A stretch of 64,000 bases of DNA from Eledone cirrhosa (GCA_964016885.1 OZ024757.1:34906001-34970000); one strand, 5' to 3'; shown: positions 1 to 11,874, counted from the first letter of the stretch. Made by a program: numbers and translations. The notes: generated from the letters alone by a model not told the origin.

Positions 1-1095
1 AGTGGTAGTGTTGGTGTTGGCGGTGGTGGTGGTGGTGGTGGTGGTGTTGGTGGTGGTGGTGTTGGTGTTGGTGGTGTTGATGGTGGTAGTGTTGGTGGTG
101 GTGGTGGTAGTGTTGGTGGTGGTGGTGGCGGTGGTGGTGGTGGTGGTGGTGGTGTTGGTGGTGGTGGTGTTGGTGGTGGTGTTGGTGTTGGTGGTAGTGT
201 TGGTGGTGGTGGTGGTGGTGGTGGTAGTGGTGGTGGTGGTGGTGGTGGTGGTGGTGGTGTTGGTGGTGTTGATGGTGGTAGTGTTGGTGGTGGTGGTGGT
301 GGTGGTAGTGTTGGTGGTGGTGTTGGCGGTGGTGGTGGTGGTGGTGGTGGTGGTGGTGGTGGTGGTGGTGGTAGTGTTGGTGGCGGTGGTGGTGTTGGTG
401 GTGGTGGTGGTGTTGGTGGTGGTGGTGGTGTTGGTAGTGTTGGTGGTGGTGTTGGCGGTGTTGGTGGTGGTGTTGGCGGTGTTGGTGGTGGTGGTGTTGG
501 TGGTGGTGGTGTTGGTGGTGGTAGTGTTGGTGGTGGTGGTGTTGGTGGTGTTGGTGTTGGTGGTGGTGGTGTTGGTAGTGTTGGTGGTGGTGTTGGTGGT
601 GGTGTTGGTGTTGGCGGTGTTGTTGGTGGTGGTGGTGTTGGTGGTGGTGGTGGTGGTGATGTTGGTGGTGGTGGTGTTGATGTTGTTGGTGGTGGTGGTG
701 GTGGTAGTGTTGGTGGTGGTGTTGGTGGTGGCGGTGGTGGTGGTGGTGTTGGTGTTGGTGGTGGTCTTGGTGGTGTTGGTGTTGGTGGTGGTGTTGATGT
801 TGGTGTTGGTGGTAGTGTTGGTGGTGGTGTTGGTGGTGGCGGTGGTGGTGGTGGTGGCGGTGGTGGTGGTGGTGGTGGTGGTGGTGTTGGTGGTGGTGTT
901 GGTGGTGTTGGTGTTGGTGGTGTTGGGGTTGGTGGTTTGGTGGTGTTGGTGGTGTTGTTGGTGTTGGCGGTGTTGGTGGTGGTGTTAATGGTGTTGGTGG
1001 TGTTAGGGTTGGTGGTGTTGGTGGTGTTGTTGGTGTTGGCGGTGTTGGTGGTGGTGTTAGTGGTGTTAGTGGTGTTGGTGGTGCTGTTGGTGTTT
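1..1095. repeat. (GGT)n/(GTT)n degenerate trinucleotide microsatellite
   Basis: Continuous ggtggtggtgttggtg pattern; the poly-Val ORFs are by-products. Confidence 0.95.
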
Positions 1096-1167
1096 GAGGA
1101 AATGGGATTGGATTTATTCTCTTCCTGCAAGGTAAAAGTCTTTCTCTAAGAACAATGTAGAAATAGT

Positions 1168-2055
<888 letters not shown>

Positions 2056-2249
2056 AAATAAGCCATTATGTGTGATTCAGCTTGGAAGACAATTGTTGGA
2101 AAATTATGGAGAATTTAGTGTCTATTGGACCAGAGAATCATCTATTTACATAAACTTCAGCATCATCATCACCACCATCATCTTCATTACCATCACCTTT
2201 CTCATCATCATCATCATCACTATTGTGAACACCACTATTAGTTTTATAT

Positions 2250-2288
2250 TGTAGTAGAAGTAGTAGTGGTAGTAGTAGTAGTATTAGC

Positions 2289-2326
<38 letters not shown>

Positions 2327-2735
2327 CAGTAGTAGTAGTAGCAGCACCAGTAATAGTAGTAGTAGTAGCAGCAGCAGTAATAGTAGTAGTAGCAGCAGCA
2401 GCAGTAGTAGTAGTATTATTAGTAGTAGTAGCAGCAGCAGTAATAGTAGTAGTAGTAGCAGCAGCAGTAATAGTAGTAGCAGCAGCAGTAGTAGTAGTAG
2501 TAGTAGCAGCAGTAGCAGCAGCAGTAGTAGTAATAGCAGTAGTAGTAGTAGTAGTAGTAGCAGCAGTATTAGTAGTAGTAGTAGTAGCAGCAGCAGTATT
2601 AGTAGTAGTAGTATTAGTAGTAGTAGTAGTAGCAACAGCAGCAGTATTAGTAGTAGTAGCAGCAGTATTAGTAGTAGTAGTAGTAGTAGTAGTAGCAGCA
2701 GTAGCAGCATTAGTAGTAGCAGTAGTAGTAATAGC
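2250..2735. repeat. (AGT)n/(AGC)n trinucleotide microsatellite
   Basis: gtagtagtagcagcagta pattern. Confidence 0.95.
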
Positions 2736-2927
2736 ATGTGACACAATTGTGCCATTCATATCAAAACCCACGTGATTAACATATCATCAACGGCAACTTC
2801 ACTGTTAATGGATGGCTGTCTCTCATCTCTAATTTGGATATAGAAAATACTTGTGAGTGTGTGTATAATTATATATATATACATATATACATATACATGT
2901 ATATATATATATATATACATATACATG

Positions 2928-2960
<33 letters not shown>

Positions 2961-2971
2961 ATATATATATA

Positions 2972-3131
2972 CAAAGGAATTATGGTAAGGAACCAGATGG
3001 ACCATAATGCACCAGAGTACTCAATACTTAGGGTAGTAGAGTGGGAAATAGGAAAAAGTATGACCCCGACGGCAGAGCTCAAGCCGTTTCGACGAAACGG
3101 CTTGAGCTCTGCCGTCGGGGTCATACTTTTT

Positions 3132-3136
<5 letters not shown>
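2972..3136. mobile_element. Short fold-back insertion in (TA)n, Penelope-like end with the 3' half of a hammerhead (family A, copy 1)
   Basis: Perfect 44-bp arms 3048-3091/3093-3136; arm reads GAAAC-GGC-ttgagctct-GCC-GTC-ggggtc; ~75-nt one-sided tail; related copies at 7843 and 8801. Confidence 0.65.
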
Positions 3137-3186
<50 letters not shown>

Positions 3187-3187
<1 letters not shown>

Positions 3188-3296
3188 ATTCACAAGATTC
3201 AAAGCTATGTTCGAAGCATTTATTCACTTACAATTGTTTCATCCAAACCTAGGCTTGGAGTCTTCGGAGCATTTTTCAATGTTTGTACACATAATT
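3187..3296 (-). mobile_element. Left arm of a Penelope-like inverted repeat (partner 7181-7290), degenerate hammerhead
   Basis: Near-identical reverse complement of 7181-7290; motif CCGAAGA-stem-GAAACAATTGTA followed by AATAAA. Confidence 0.6.
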
Positions 3297-3362
3297 ATTT
3301 TTATTTTTCTGCACACATACTTTTTTGTTATATACAAAAAATACCTTACCACTACAACCAGC

Positions 3363-3490
3363 ATAATAATAATAATAATAATGAAATTATTGTGTACAGT
3401 GCTCAGGTGCACTATAACTCATCAAAGGTGCATGTATAGTACATAGAATAATGTACAAATGTCAGGAAAATAAACAGTGTATGAGTCATG
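3363..3490 (-). mobile_element. CR1-type LINE 3' end fragment (diverged subfamily)
   Basis: Diverged copy of 3491-3620 with (TTA)n tail; a third copy lies at 17297-17410. Confidence 0.75.
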
Positions 3491-3655
3491 ATATAATAAC
3501 AATAACAATAATGAAATATTGTGTACAGTGCCCAGGTGCACCACAACTCATCAAAAAAGTGCATGTACAGTACATAGGGCAATGCACAAACATCAGTAAA
3601 ATGAACAGTGCACGAGTCATGATACACACGTGTGCATGTGTATGGAAGGGGTACA

Positions 3656-6418
3656 TCAGGTGTAGTTTTGGCGTATTTCGGGAAGCATGAGTGTCTTAAA
3701 GGATGCAGTGTCTCGGCAGCTAACAATTGACGCAGGCAGTTTGTTCCATGCTTCAGCAACTCTGAGCGTGAAAAAATGTCTGCGAAAGTCATGGGAGCTG
3801 TGCTGTTTTCTTATCTTGTAGGCATGTCTACGTGTGTTAGACACATGGAGATCAAAGAGGCGCTCAGGGTTGCAGTTGGCGAGATGGTTAAAAACTTTGT
3901 GGGTATTCACCAAGTCCATTGCCAGACGTCGGAGCTTCAATGAATCCATGCCCAGGGAAGCAAGGCGTTCAGAGTATGGTAGGTGTCTGATGGAGGGTAT
4001 GCGCTTGGTTGCACGTCTCTGAACAGTTTCCAGGAGGTCAATGTTCCGAGCAAGATAGGGGTTCCAGACTGATGATGCGAATTCCAAGTGTGGTCGCACC
4101 ATAGCTGTATACAGTTTTAAATAGATGGCTGGAGAGCGGCTAACAAAGGTCTTGCTGAGTGATGCCAAGACACCCTCGGCCTTCTTGACAATCTTAGAGA
4201 CATGCTTTGTCCAACGCAAATCGTTGCTGACAGTAATGCCCAGGTCACGTTCACAAGAGGACTTTTTGATGTCAGTGTTGTGGAGGGAGTATGTGGACGC
4301 TGGATTTTTCCTTCCAAAATGCATGGTGGTACACTTGTCCACAGCCAGCTTCAGTTGCTAGTCTGTGATCCATTGCTGCATTGTGTCCAGGTCTGATTGT
4401 AGGAAAGAGTTGTAAATTTCAGGATCAGTCCTTTTGATTTCAAGGTACAGCTTGATGTCATCTGCATATTTTAGTACCGTGGCATTCTGTAAGTTGGCAT
4501 CTATGTCATTAATATATGCCACAAACAAAAGAGGACCAAGAACAGATCCCTGTGGTACACCAGATGACATCTCATATGGTGAAGAATGCTGTCCTAGAAC
4601 CGTGACTACTTCCTTTCGGCTGAGAATGAAAGATTTCAGCCAGTCGAAAAGATCATCCCTCACACCCATTGCAGAGAGTTTTTCCATAAGTCTTTTGTGT
4701 GGCACAGAATTAAAAGCCTTAGCAAAGTCAAGGTAAACAACATCCACCCATGAGCCGCTGTCAGTGATCCGGGTGATGTCCTCAAGGAACTCGATAAGCT
4801 GATCACAGCAGCTGGAGTTAGGGATAAATCCAAACTGTGAGGGCCGGATGAGGCTGTGAGAGCTCCAGAAGTTCCAAAGTGTTTCTCTGACACAGGATTC
4901 CATCAGTTTGGCCATACAGCTAGTAAGACTGACTGGACGATAGTTGACAGGTGACATGCGGTTGCCCTTTTTGAACCGGGGAATGACACTGGCAGTTTTC
5001 CACTGCTCCGGAGTAGCACCATTGCTGAGACAGTATTGAAAGAAAAAAGAAAGCTGGCGCAAAAGGAAATCCCCGCCACGTTTGAGAAGTAGGTATGTCA
5101 CACCATCAAGACCAGGGGAGGCATAGTTGCGCTTATTCTTAAGGTGACGTCGCAACATTGCAGGTGTAAATTCCATAGTTGTTATGGAATTTGATGTTAG
5201 AGATGGTGGAGATGGTACATTCTGGTTTTCAACAGTAAAAATACTTGCATAGCACTCAGCAATGAGTTCTGCGCATTCCTTGGGATCATCAGTGATCTGG
5301 CTTGTGTGGGGATTGCGAAGAGGACCAACTGGAGAGTGAGGTCTCTGCTTTGAATGAACATATTTCCAGAACACCTTACTGTCAGGATTGGTTGCGATGC
5401 ACTGTTCAAATTCAAGCACTGCCTTCTTTGTCACTTGCTTGAGATGGTTAGAAGATTTATTCCGCTTTTTTCTGTTGGCATCTGATCTATGCAGTTTATA
5501 TTCCCGTTCAGCGTTCCGACGTTCTTTCCTGGCAAGTCGGACCGCTGAAGTTTCCCAGATTGCACTTTTGGGGTGGTTATTTTTCCGCTTCCGTGGCACT
5601 GATGCTGCACACGCTATCCATATTGAGTCCAGGATGCTCTGGAGTATAGAGTTCACATCTCCAGAGTTATACATCTCATGCCAGTTTGGGCGCTGCAGCT
5701 CAGTGCAGTACAAGTTCCAATCCGCCCTCTTCCAATCAAAGCAAGCAGATTGGAGATGGCTCTGGTTTTTGTTGCTGCCCTCAAGTGCCAGATTGGCAAT
5801 GATCATAGCATGATCAGAGTCGCCTAGAGGTTCCTCAGTAGTACAACTGATAACCACTTCAGGAGTAGTGGTGAAGATCAGGTCCAAAGTGTTGTCACCT
5901 CTTGGAGAGGTGACTACTTGTGACCAGTTTGAGTCCAGCACTAGTTCAAGGAAATCGTTTGCACCCTGTGGCCAACGAAAGGTTTCCCAATCGATCTCAG
6001 GATGATTGAAGTCACCTGTAATAAACACATAAGTGGCTGTTTTCTTGGCAGCAACTCTGAGGATATCGCAAAGCTGTGTGTTCTGATGGTAGTTTGGGGG
6101 GCGATAAACAACACCAAGCAGAAGTGTTGACATGGTCATACGTATGTCACAGAAAAAAACTTCTTCCTGTGATTCGTTCAAATCAACGCAAGGAATTACC
6201 GAAAAGTTTGAACGAACGTAGACCATCACACCACCACCACGGCGGTTAATGCGGTCCTTGCGGAAAAGGTTGTACCCAGTAATGGTGAAAATCCCATCAC
6301 AGAGTAAGGAATGTGCCCATGTTTCCGTGACTGTGATGAAGTCAGGGTCGATGCTTCTGACGTAGGATTCGAACAGATGTATCTTGTTGCATAAACTGCG
6401 AGCATTTAAGGACAACAA
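3656..6418 (-). pseudogene. CR1 ORF2 (APE endonuclease + reverse transcriptase) interrupted by one in-frame TAG at 4358-4360
   Basis: EN motifs LNARS, TETW, GDFN, DLIF, SDH; RT motifs YLDFAKAF, GVPQGSVLGPLLF, YADD; C-terminal ERDLG, VRPHLEF, WNKLP; ORFs 4358-6418 and 3656-4342 share one frame. Confidence 0.93.
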
Positions 6419-6474
6419 TTTGTACCCTGCTCGCAGTTTATGATGGTGTGTAGAGGGTGGCAGGTTGTTCTGGT

Positions 6475-6840
6475 TTAGTTTCCCAGAGTTGTAGCAGTTT
6501 TTACATTGCCAGTTATTGTGGGTAGATCACACTCAGACCAGCTGGTATCTCTCTTCCACGTTTCACCAGCCTTGACAAACCTCCAGATCTGCCCATCATC
6601 ACGCAGACTGAAACTTTCATCTTGTGCTGAGTTCCGATTCAAGGAAGCTGCAGCACGTAGTTTTGGACGTACATGGGGTGGTAGGCCTGGGCGTGTTCGG
6701 AAGGTAATCCGACTTTCACGCCCAGCTTTAGCAGAGGCCAGGTGATATGAGGTTGCCTCTGCGGGGTCCGAGAAAGACAGCCTGATGAGTCTGGGTTTTG
6801 GACCAGGTCGACCAAGGCGGAGGGCACCCTTTGGGGGAAC
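6475..6840 (-). pseudogene. CR1 ORF1 C-terminal fragment (RRM-like)
   Basis: Hand translation gives a stop-free frame VPPKGALRLGRPGPKPRLIRLSFSDP...TATTLGN*; RLG..PR.I.V.F is typical of LINE ORF1 RRM regions. Confidence 0.7.
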
Positions 6841-7180
6841 ACAGCCTAGGTCTAATAATCTTGCTTACCTGCTTAAAGTGTAACACCCTGCCACACAATA
6901 ATAGTATATAAATGAGACACACTTGCATGCTCCACGTGTAACTAACGCATACACTACCTACTAGACCTGACTATCAAACTATCCTCTTACATTATCTGTG
7001 TTATCTGCCGAATGTATTTTAATTTTAATTTTTATTTTAATTTTGATTTTTATTTTAATTTTGATTTTGATTTTGAATTTGAATTGCTGTACAAAAATAG
7101 TATAGTATAATATATGCCACTCCACTGTACATCAATATATACATATGTATCTGTATGTCTCTTGCGTTGGAAGGGAGGTC

Positions 7181-7290
7181 AATTATGTGTACAAACATTG
7201 AAAAATGCTCCGAAGACTCCAAGCCTGGGTTTGGATGAAACAATTGTAAGTGAATAAATGCTTTGAATATAGCTTTGATTCTTGTGAATT
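7181..7290 (+). mobile_element. Right arm of Penelope-like inverted repeat with degenerate hammerhead (7206-7252)
   Basis: tgct CCGAAGA c tccaagcc-tg-ggtttgga t GAAAC AATT GTA agtg; one-sided tail continues to (TA)n at ~7455. Confidence 0.6.
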
Positions 7291-7449
7291 CTATATAACT
7301 GCTCTGTAGAACAACTGATGTTATTACATTGAGCTATTTATCTTACTGGTAATAAGGTAGTAATAAATTACTGACCTTCACTGTTTAGGGTTTAAAATAT
7401 ACATAACTATAAAAAGTTTTAATATATACATAACCATAAATAGTATCCC

Positions 7450-7488
<39 letters not shown>

Positions 7489-7685
7489 TTGGTTTTGTTG
7501 GTTCACCACTGGATAGAACTGGTCATTCTGTGTGGTCAGCCACGATGTAATGTTATGGAAAGCACTCAACGTAATGCAACTCACCCGTCTTCGTTTGTGT
7601 TGTTGGTGGTGTGAGTACGGAGTTAATTATTATAAAATAACAGGAATCATGTTCTGGTCTAAATCCTTGAAAAGTTTATTTTACT

Positions 7686-8356
7686 ATGATCATTTCAATG
7701 ACCGGGTTCAGTATGAATCCGGTGACATCATCAGGTAATTCAAAATATAACGAAGGAATATATCAGATAAAAATCCTTGGTGTTTAAATCAGAGACAAGA
7801 GGGCGGCCCTCGACTGCCCTCGAGTAATATATATATATATATATAAGAAAAAGTATGACCCCGACGGCAGAGCTCAAGCCGTTTCGACGGTTATTTCTAG
7901 ACATAGCCAGCTATTTCTGTCCAGAAATAGCCGTCGAAACGGCTTGAGCTCTGCCATCGGCGTCATACTTTTTCCTATTACCCACTCTACTACCCTAAGT
8001 ATTGAGTACTCTGGTGCGTTATGGTCCATCTGGACCATGATATCAAGTATTAAACTAATACAAATCACCATTGCACTGTTCTGTTCACTGTGTTCTTTGC
8101 CATTTATTTTTCGCATATATCATCATCATCATCATCCTTTAACGTCCATCTTCCACGCTAGCATGGGTTTGGATGGGAATTTTCCCACTTGAGGCAAGAT
8201 TGGTTGTCTTGCTCGCATAGGACTGTCTGGCGGGTTTTCTATGGCTGGATGCCCTTCCTAACACCAACCACGTTTACAGTGTGGACTGGGAGGTGTTTAC
8301 CGTGTTACCTACACGGCCACATTACACCATGGACTGTGTTTTTTTGTCGTGACACC

Positions 8357-8387
<31 letters not shown>

Positions 8388-8960
8388 TGACACCTATATA
8401 TTGTATTAGTTCATGTTTATGTTTACATTTGTTTGTAAAAAAAAAAAAATAAATAAATACTGGATTTGATATGGTCAACTAAATTAAAGCAGTGCCCTAG
8501 CATGGCCAGTCTAATGACTAAAACTAGTAAAAGTGCAAATGAATATTTTGGGTATTTTAATAGAAAGACTATCAACTCATTTTATCATCATTTATTGCAG
8601 GTGACAGTATAACAGTTGAAGGTGAAAATGAAAAAACTCGGGTGTTTATCTCAAATCCACTAGATATTTCTTCTGTGGATGTTGAAGAGATGTTTTTGGC
8701 CAACACAAAACATACATTATCCATTCATAAAGAAACCATACCAGGTAAAAACTATAATTTAAATACATATAAAAATATATATATATATATATATATATAA
8801 AACGAAGGAGATGTGGTAAGGAACCAGATGGACCATAACGCACCAGAGTACTCAATACTTAGAGTAGTAGAGTGGGTAATAGGAAAAGGTATGACCCCGA
8901 CGGCAGAGCTCAAGCCATTTCGACGGCTATTTCTGAACTGAGTCGGGGTCATACTTTTTC

Positions 8961-8998
<38 letters not shown>

Positions 8999-9844
8999 AG
9001 TATATGTTGGTTGTATACCAACACCTCAGTATGCAGGCTGGAGCACTCGACGAAGTGCGCAGGTTGGGTTGGTTACTCCGGAGTAATGTAAAATAAAATA
9101 AAATAAGTAAGTCAAATGTTTAAAATTTGGCTCCCGTTTATTACTGCTATATATATTTCGGTGACAGCCATCTTTGGCTGTGACCTCTTCAGGCAGTCCG
9201 AATTAGTGTGGTAGAGACGAGTACACATGTTGTTGAGGTGTTTAACTTTGTCAATACTCTGATATGCCCAGTTCCTGGTTGGGTTGTTATTTCACATATG
9301 ATTCCAGTTCCTCAGTGAAATAACAACCCAACCAGGAACTGGGCATATCAGAATATTGACAAAGTTAAACACCTCAACAACATGTGTACTCGTCTCTACC
9401 ACACTAATTCGGACTGCCTGAAGAGGTCACAGCCAAAGATGGCTGTCACCGAAATATATATAGCAGTAATAAACGAAGCCAAATTTTAAACATTTGACTT
9501 ATTTATTTTATTTTATTTTATATATATATATCTATATATATATATTCAATCAATTTTTTATTGTTTTGCTGTACTGTATTTGTTTTCTATTTGAAAGCAC
9601 ACTGGTTGAGTGCTTGTGCCAATAATCATATATTTTTTCAATGTTAATTTTTTTTGGCCACCGAGATTCAGTTTGGTCAGACCTGGCTTAGCTCCTCTTT
9701 GATTTGACATCATGCATCACTAGGGAGCTTACTGCTAACATCACTCGCCACTAGCAACTGAGAACTTAACACATCATTTTGTGTCTTTCCTAAACAGAGA
9801 GGCAACCGCATGCTGACGAAATGGCCCTGTGCCAAATTACATAA
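7686..9844 (+). CDS. Candidate small 3-exon gene (7686-7734, 8601-8744, 9798-9844), 79 aa, unknown product
   Basis: Splice signals cag|gtaatt, ttattgcag|, ccag|gtaaaa, tctttcctaaacag|; phases 1/1 join into MIISMTGFSMNPVTSSGDSITVEGENEKTRVFISNPLDISSVDVEEMFLANTKHTLSIHKETIPERQPHADEMALCQIT*; no homolog recognised. Confidence 0.3.
7843..8033. mobile_element. Fold-back family A, copy 2 (opposite orientation)
   Basis: Same arms and tail as 2972-3136, with a longer central stem gacggttatttct...agaaatagccgtc. Confidence 0.7.
8119..8345 (-). mobile_element. RTE LINE 3' UTR fragment with (GAT)n tail
   Basis: Shares cttccacgctagcatggg and ctggatgcccttcctaacaccaacc with 54581-54800. Confidence 0.75.
8801..8962. 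mobile_element. Fold-back family A, copy 3, flanked by (TA)n
   Basis: Same tail and left arm; shortened right arm gtcggggtcatactttttcct. Confidence 0.7.
9143..9197 (-). ncRNA. Type I hammerhead ribozyme (mirror copy)
   Basis: Exact reverse complement of 9413-9467. Confidence 0.78.
9413..9467 (+). ncRNA. Type I minimal hammerhead ribozyme
   Basis: Stem I ACUGC/GCAGU; core CUGAAGA; stem II GGU-C-ACAGCCA/UGGCUGU-C-ACC; GAAA; palindromic stem III UAUAUA; UA cleavage site after 9462. Confidence 0.8.
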
Positions 9845-9845
9845 T

Positions 9846-10029
9846 TGTTTCTACTATTGGCTCAAGGCCAGCAATTACTCACTACATTACTGGTACTTTA
9901 TTTTATCGACCCCGTAAGGATGAAAGGCAAAGTTAACCTTGGCGGGATTTGAACTCAGAATGGCAAGGGCCGTAACTCTATGCGTCAAAGCATGGCGTCC
10001 GATCCTCTACCGATACTGCCAATCCACCG
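9846..10029 (-). mobile_element. tRNA-type SINE (family S1) with 20-bp TSD
   Basis: B-box-like gagttcaaatcc; TSD cctgtgccaaattacataat at 9826-9845 and 10030-10049. Confidence 0.9.
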
Positions 10030-10313
10030 CCTGTGCCAAATTACATAATGTGTACTATTATTATCTAATATTCTGCACAAGACTGCACATTTCGGTGCAC
10101 GACCAGCAGTTCAGGACTGTGAAACTGTTTTAGCAGGCCAGGTACTGTATCATCTTACCTACACGAATCTGTTTCCCTCGCTGTTTAACAAAAGTGGCCA
10201 CTTTAGCCAGCCAGGTTCAAATTTTAATAGCACGAACTTGTTTCCCATAAAGTGAGCGAGGAAATGACCGAAGCTATGTCCCATCTATTCGACTAGCTCC
10301 ATCTCTCAATTAC

Positions 10314-10465
10314 ATCATCATCATCATACGTCCCTGCTTGCAAGGGTGGGACGGGAACTGATTCTGGCTTGATTTCTACAGCTGGATGCCCTTCCTAACA
10401 CCAACCTCATTTACAGTGAGTGCTGGGTGCTTTTTTTCCGTGGCGCTTACACGTCCACTTTGCAG
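10314..10465 (-). mobile_element. RTE 3' UTR fragment
   Basis: Near-identical to 54697-54805 (ggaactgat..ctggcttgatttctacagctggatgcccttcc); (CAT)n tail. Confidence 0.75.
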
Positions 10466-10489
10466 TGGAATGATAGGGACCCCAGTCCC

Positions 10490-10608
10490 TATCATCTCAT
10501 TTCTACAGCTGAGTAAACTGGAGCAATGTGAAATAAGGTGTCTTGCTCAAGGAAACAACACATCACCCAGTCTGAGAATTGAACTCACAACCTTTCGATT
10601 GCAGGCCA
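10490..10608 (-). mobile_element. tRNA-type SINE (family S2) fragment
   Basis: Reverse complement resembles gttgtgagttc...gtgttgtgttcttgagcaaaacacttcatttcacgttg at 12020-12090. Confidence 0.65.
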
Positions 10609-11017
10609 ATATATATATATATATATATATATATTAGGTATTAGTTTAACAATGAAAGTAATAACAACTAAGTCAAGTTATTTTACCTATTCATATCATT
10701 GTTTTACAATCGTTTTGGAGGGTTGATCACCCTTGCAAGCAGGGAAAAGCGGACATTAACTGATGATGATGATGATGTCTGATCTATAGCAGTTATATCA
10801 CTGTATACTATCAGACCTCATATATAGGTTCGATCAGACCGACTTCTTCGGGAGAGATAGATAAGGATATAGACACATTATTATTGGAGCTAGAAGTAAT
10901 TGGTAGAGCATCACACAACATGCTCGGTGGCATAGAGTTACAGCCCTTTACATTCAACAGCAATGAGAATAATGTTCTGAACACTGTCACTATCCTGTGT
11001 GGATCAGACTAAAAGCT

Positions 11018-11386
11018 TCAACATGTTGAGAAGATGCTGCTGCTGATGATGATGATGATGATACCGTTGTTGTTGTTGTTGTTGTTATCGTCGTTGTAGC
11101 CCTTGCAGTTGTTATTGTTGTAGCTATAGTTGTTGTAGTTGTTGTTGTTGTTGTTGTCATCGTCGTTGTAGCCCTTGCAGTTGTTATTGTTGTTGTCATC
11201 GTCGTTGTAGCCCTTGCAGTTGTTGTAGTTGTAGTTGTCGTCGTCGTCGTCGTCGTCGTTGTCGTTGTTGTTGTTGTTGTAGCTATAGTTGTTGTTGTTG
11301 TAGTTGTAGTAAGACAAAGCCTGCTTTGTTACTAAAGTACACAAAAGCAGCAATATTACCGCCATTGACTTCATTACTTTAGACAT
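11018..11386 (-). CDS. Candidate secreted Asn/Asp/Tyr-rich low-complexity protein, 122 aa
   Basis: MSKVMKSMAVILLLLCTLVTKQALS (signal-peptide-like) in frame with N/D/Y tract and three CKGYNDD repeats; may instead be microsatellite read-through. Confidence 0.35.
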   Translation of the reverse strand: MSKVMKSMAVILLLLCTLVTKQALSYYNYNNNNYSYNNNNNDNDDDDDDDNYNYNNCKGYNDDDNNNNNCKGYNDDDNNNNNNYNNYSYNNNNCKGYNDDNNNNNNNGIIIIIISSSIFSTC

Positions 11387-11588
11387 CACATAAGATTGCT
11401 TTGTAGTACTGTATATAGTCAAATGCCTATATACACTGTGTATATATACATATATACATATATATATATACAATGTGTATAGTACATACAATGTGTGCAT
11501 ATATAGTTCCAATAAGCTCCAAGCTATATCCATTGTTTCTATCATCTTGTTTCTGTTTCATCAGTGTTATTATTATTACTATTACTAA

Positions 11589-11778
11589 AGGTGGTAGATT
11601 GGCAGTATCGGTAGAGGGTCGGATGCCATGCTTTGCAGCATAGAGTTACGGCCCTTTACGGTCTGAGTTCAAATCCCGCCGAGGTTAACTTTGCCCTTCA
11701 CCTTTACGGGCTTCATAAAATAAAGTACCAGCAATGCACTAGGGGTAATTGCTGGCCTTGTGCCAAAAGTAGAAACAA
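11589..11778 (+). mobile_element. SINE family S1
   Basis: ggtggtagattggcagtatcggtagagg...gagttcaaatcccgccgagg...aaagtaccag. Confidence 0.85.
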
Positions 11779-11874
11779 TTATTTATTCAAAGTAATCCAA
11801 CTTATTTTACTAAGGGGATAAAAAATTATAAACCGTACGCAGTCCCGCGCTCCTCCCTTTATTATAGTTTAGAT

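Larger units (their letters stand above)
3491..6841 (-). mobile_element. CR1-clade LINE, 5'-truncated within ORF1
   Basis: APE endonuclease + RT ORF2, ORF1 C-terminal frame, 3' UTR ending in a (TTA/TTG)n tail at 3491-3512. Confidence 0.93.
9089..9520. mobile_element. Penelope-like palindromic insertion, ~206-bp arms, 19-nt spacer, one-sided tail ~8995-9088
   Basis: 9089-9295 is the near-perfect reverse complement of 9315-9520; flanked by (TA)n; each arm carries a hammerhead followed by AATAAA. Confidence 0.8.

Noticed and set aside
7544-7559. 15-nt match (atgtaatgttatgga) to the 46-bp satellite
   Set aside because: Single short AT-rich match; chance cannot be excluded
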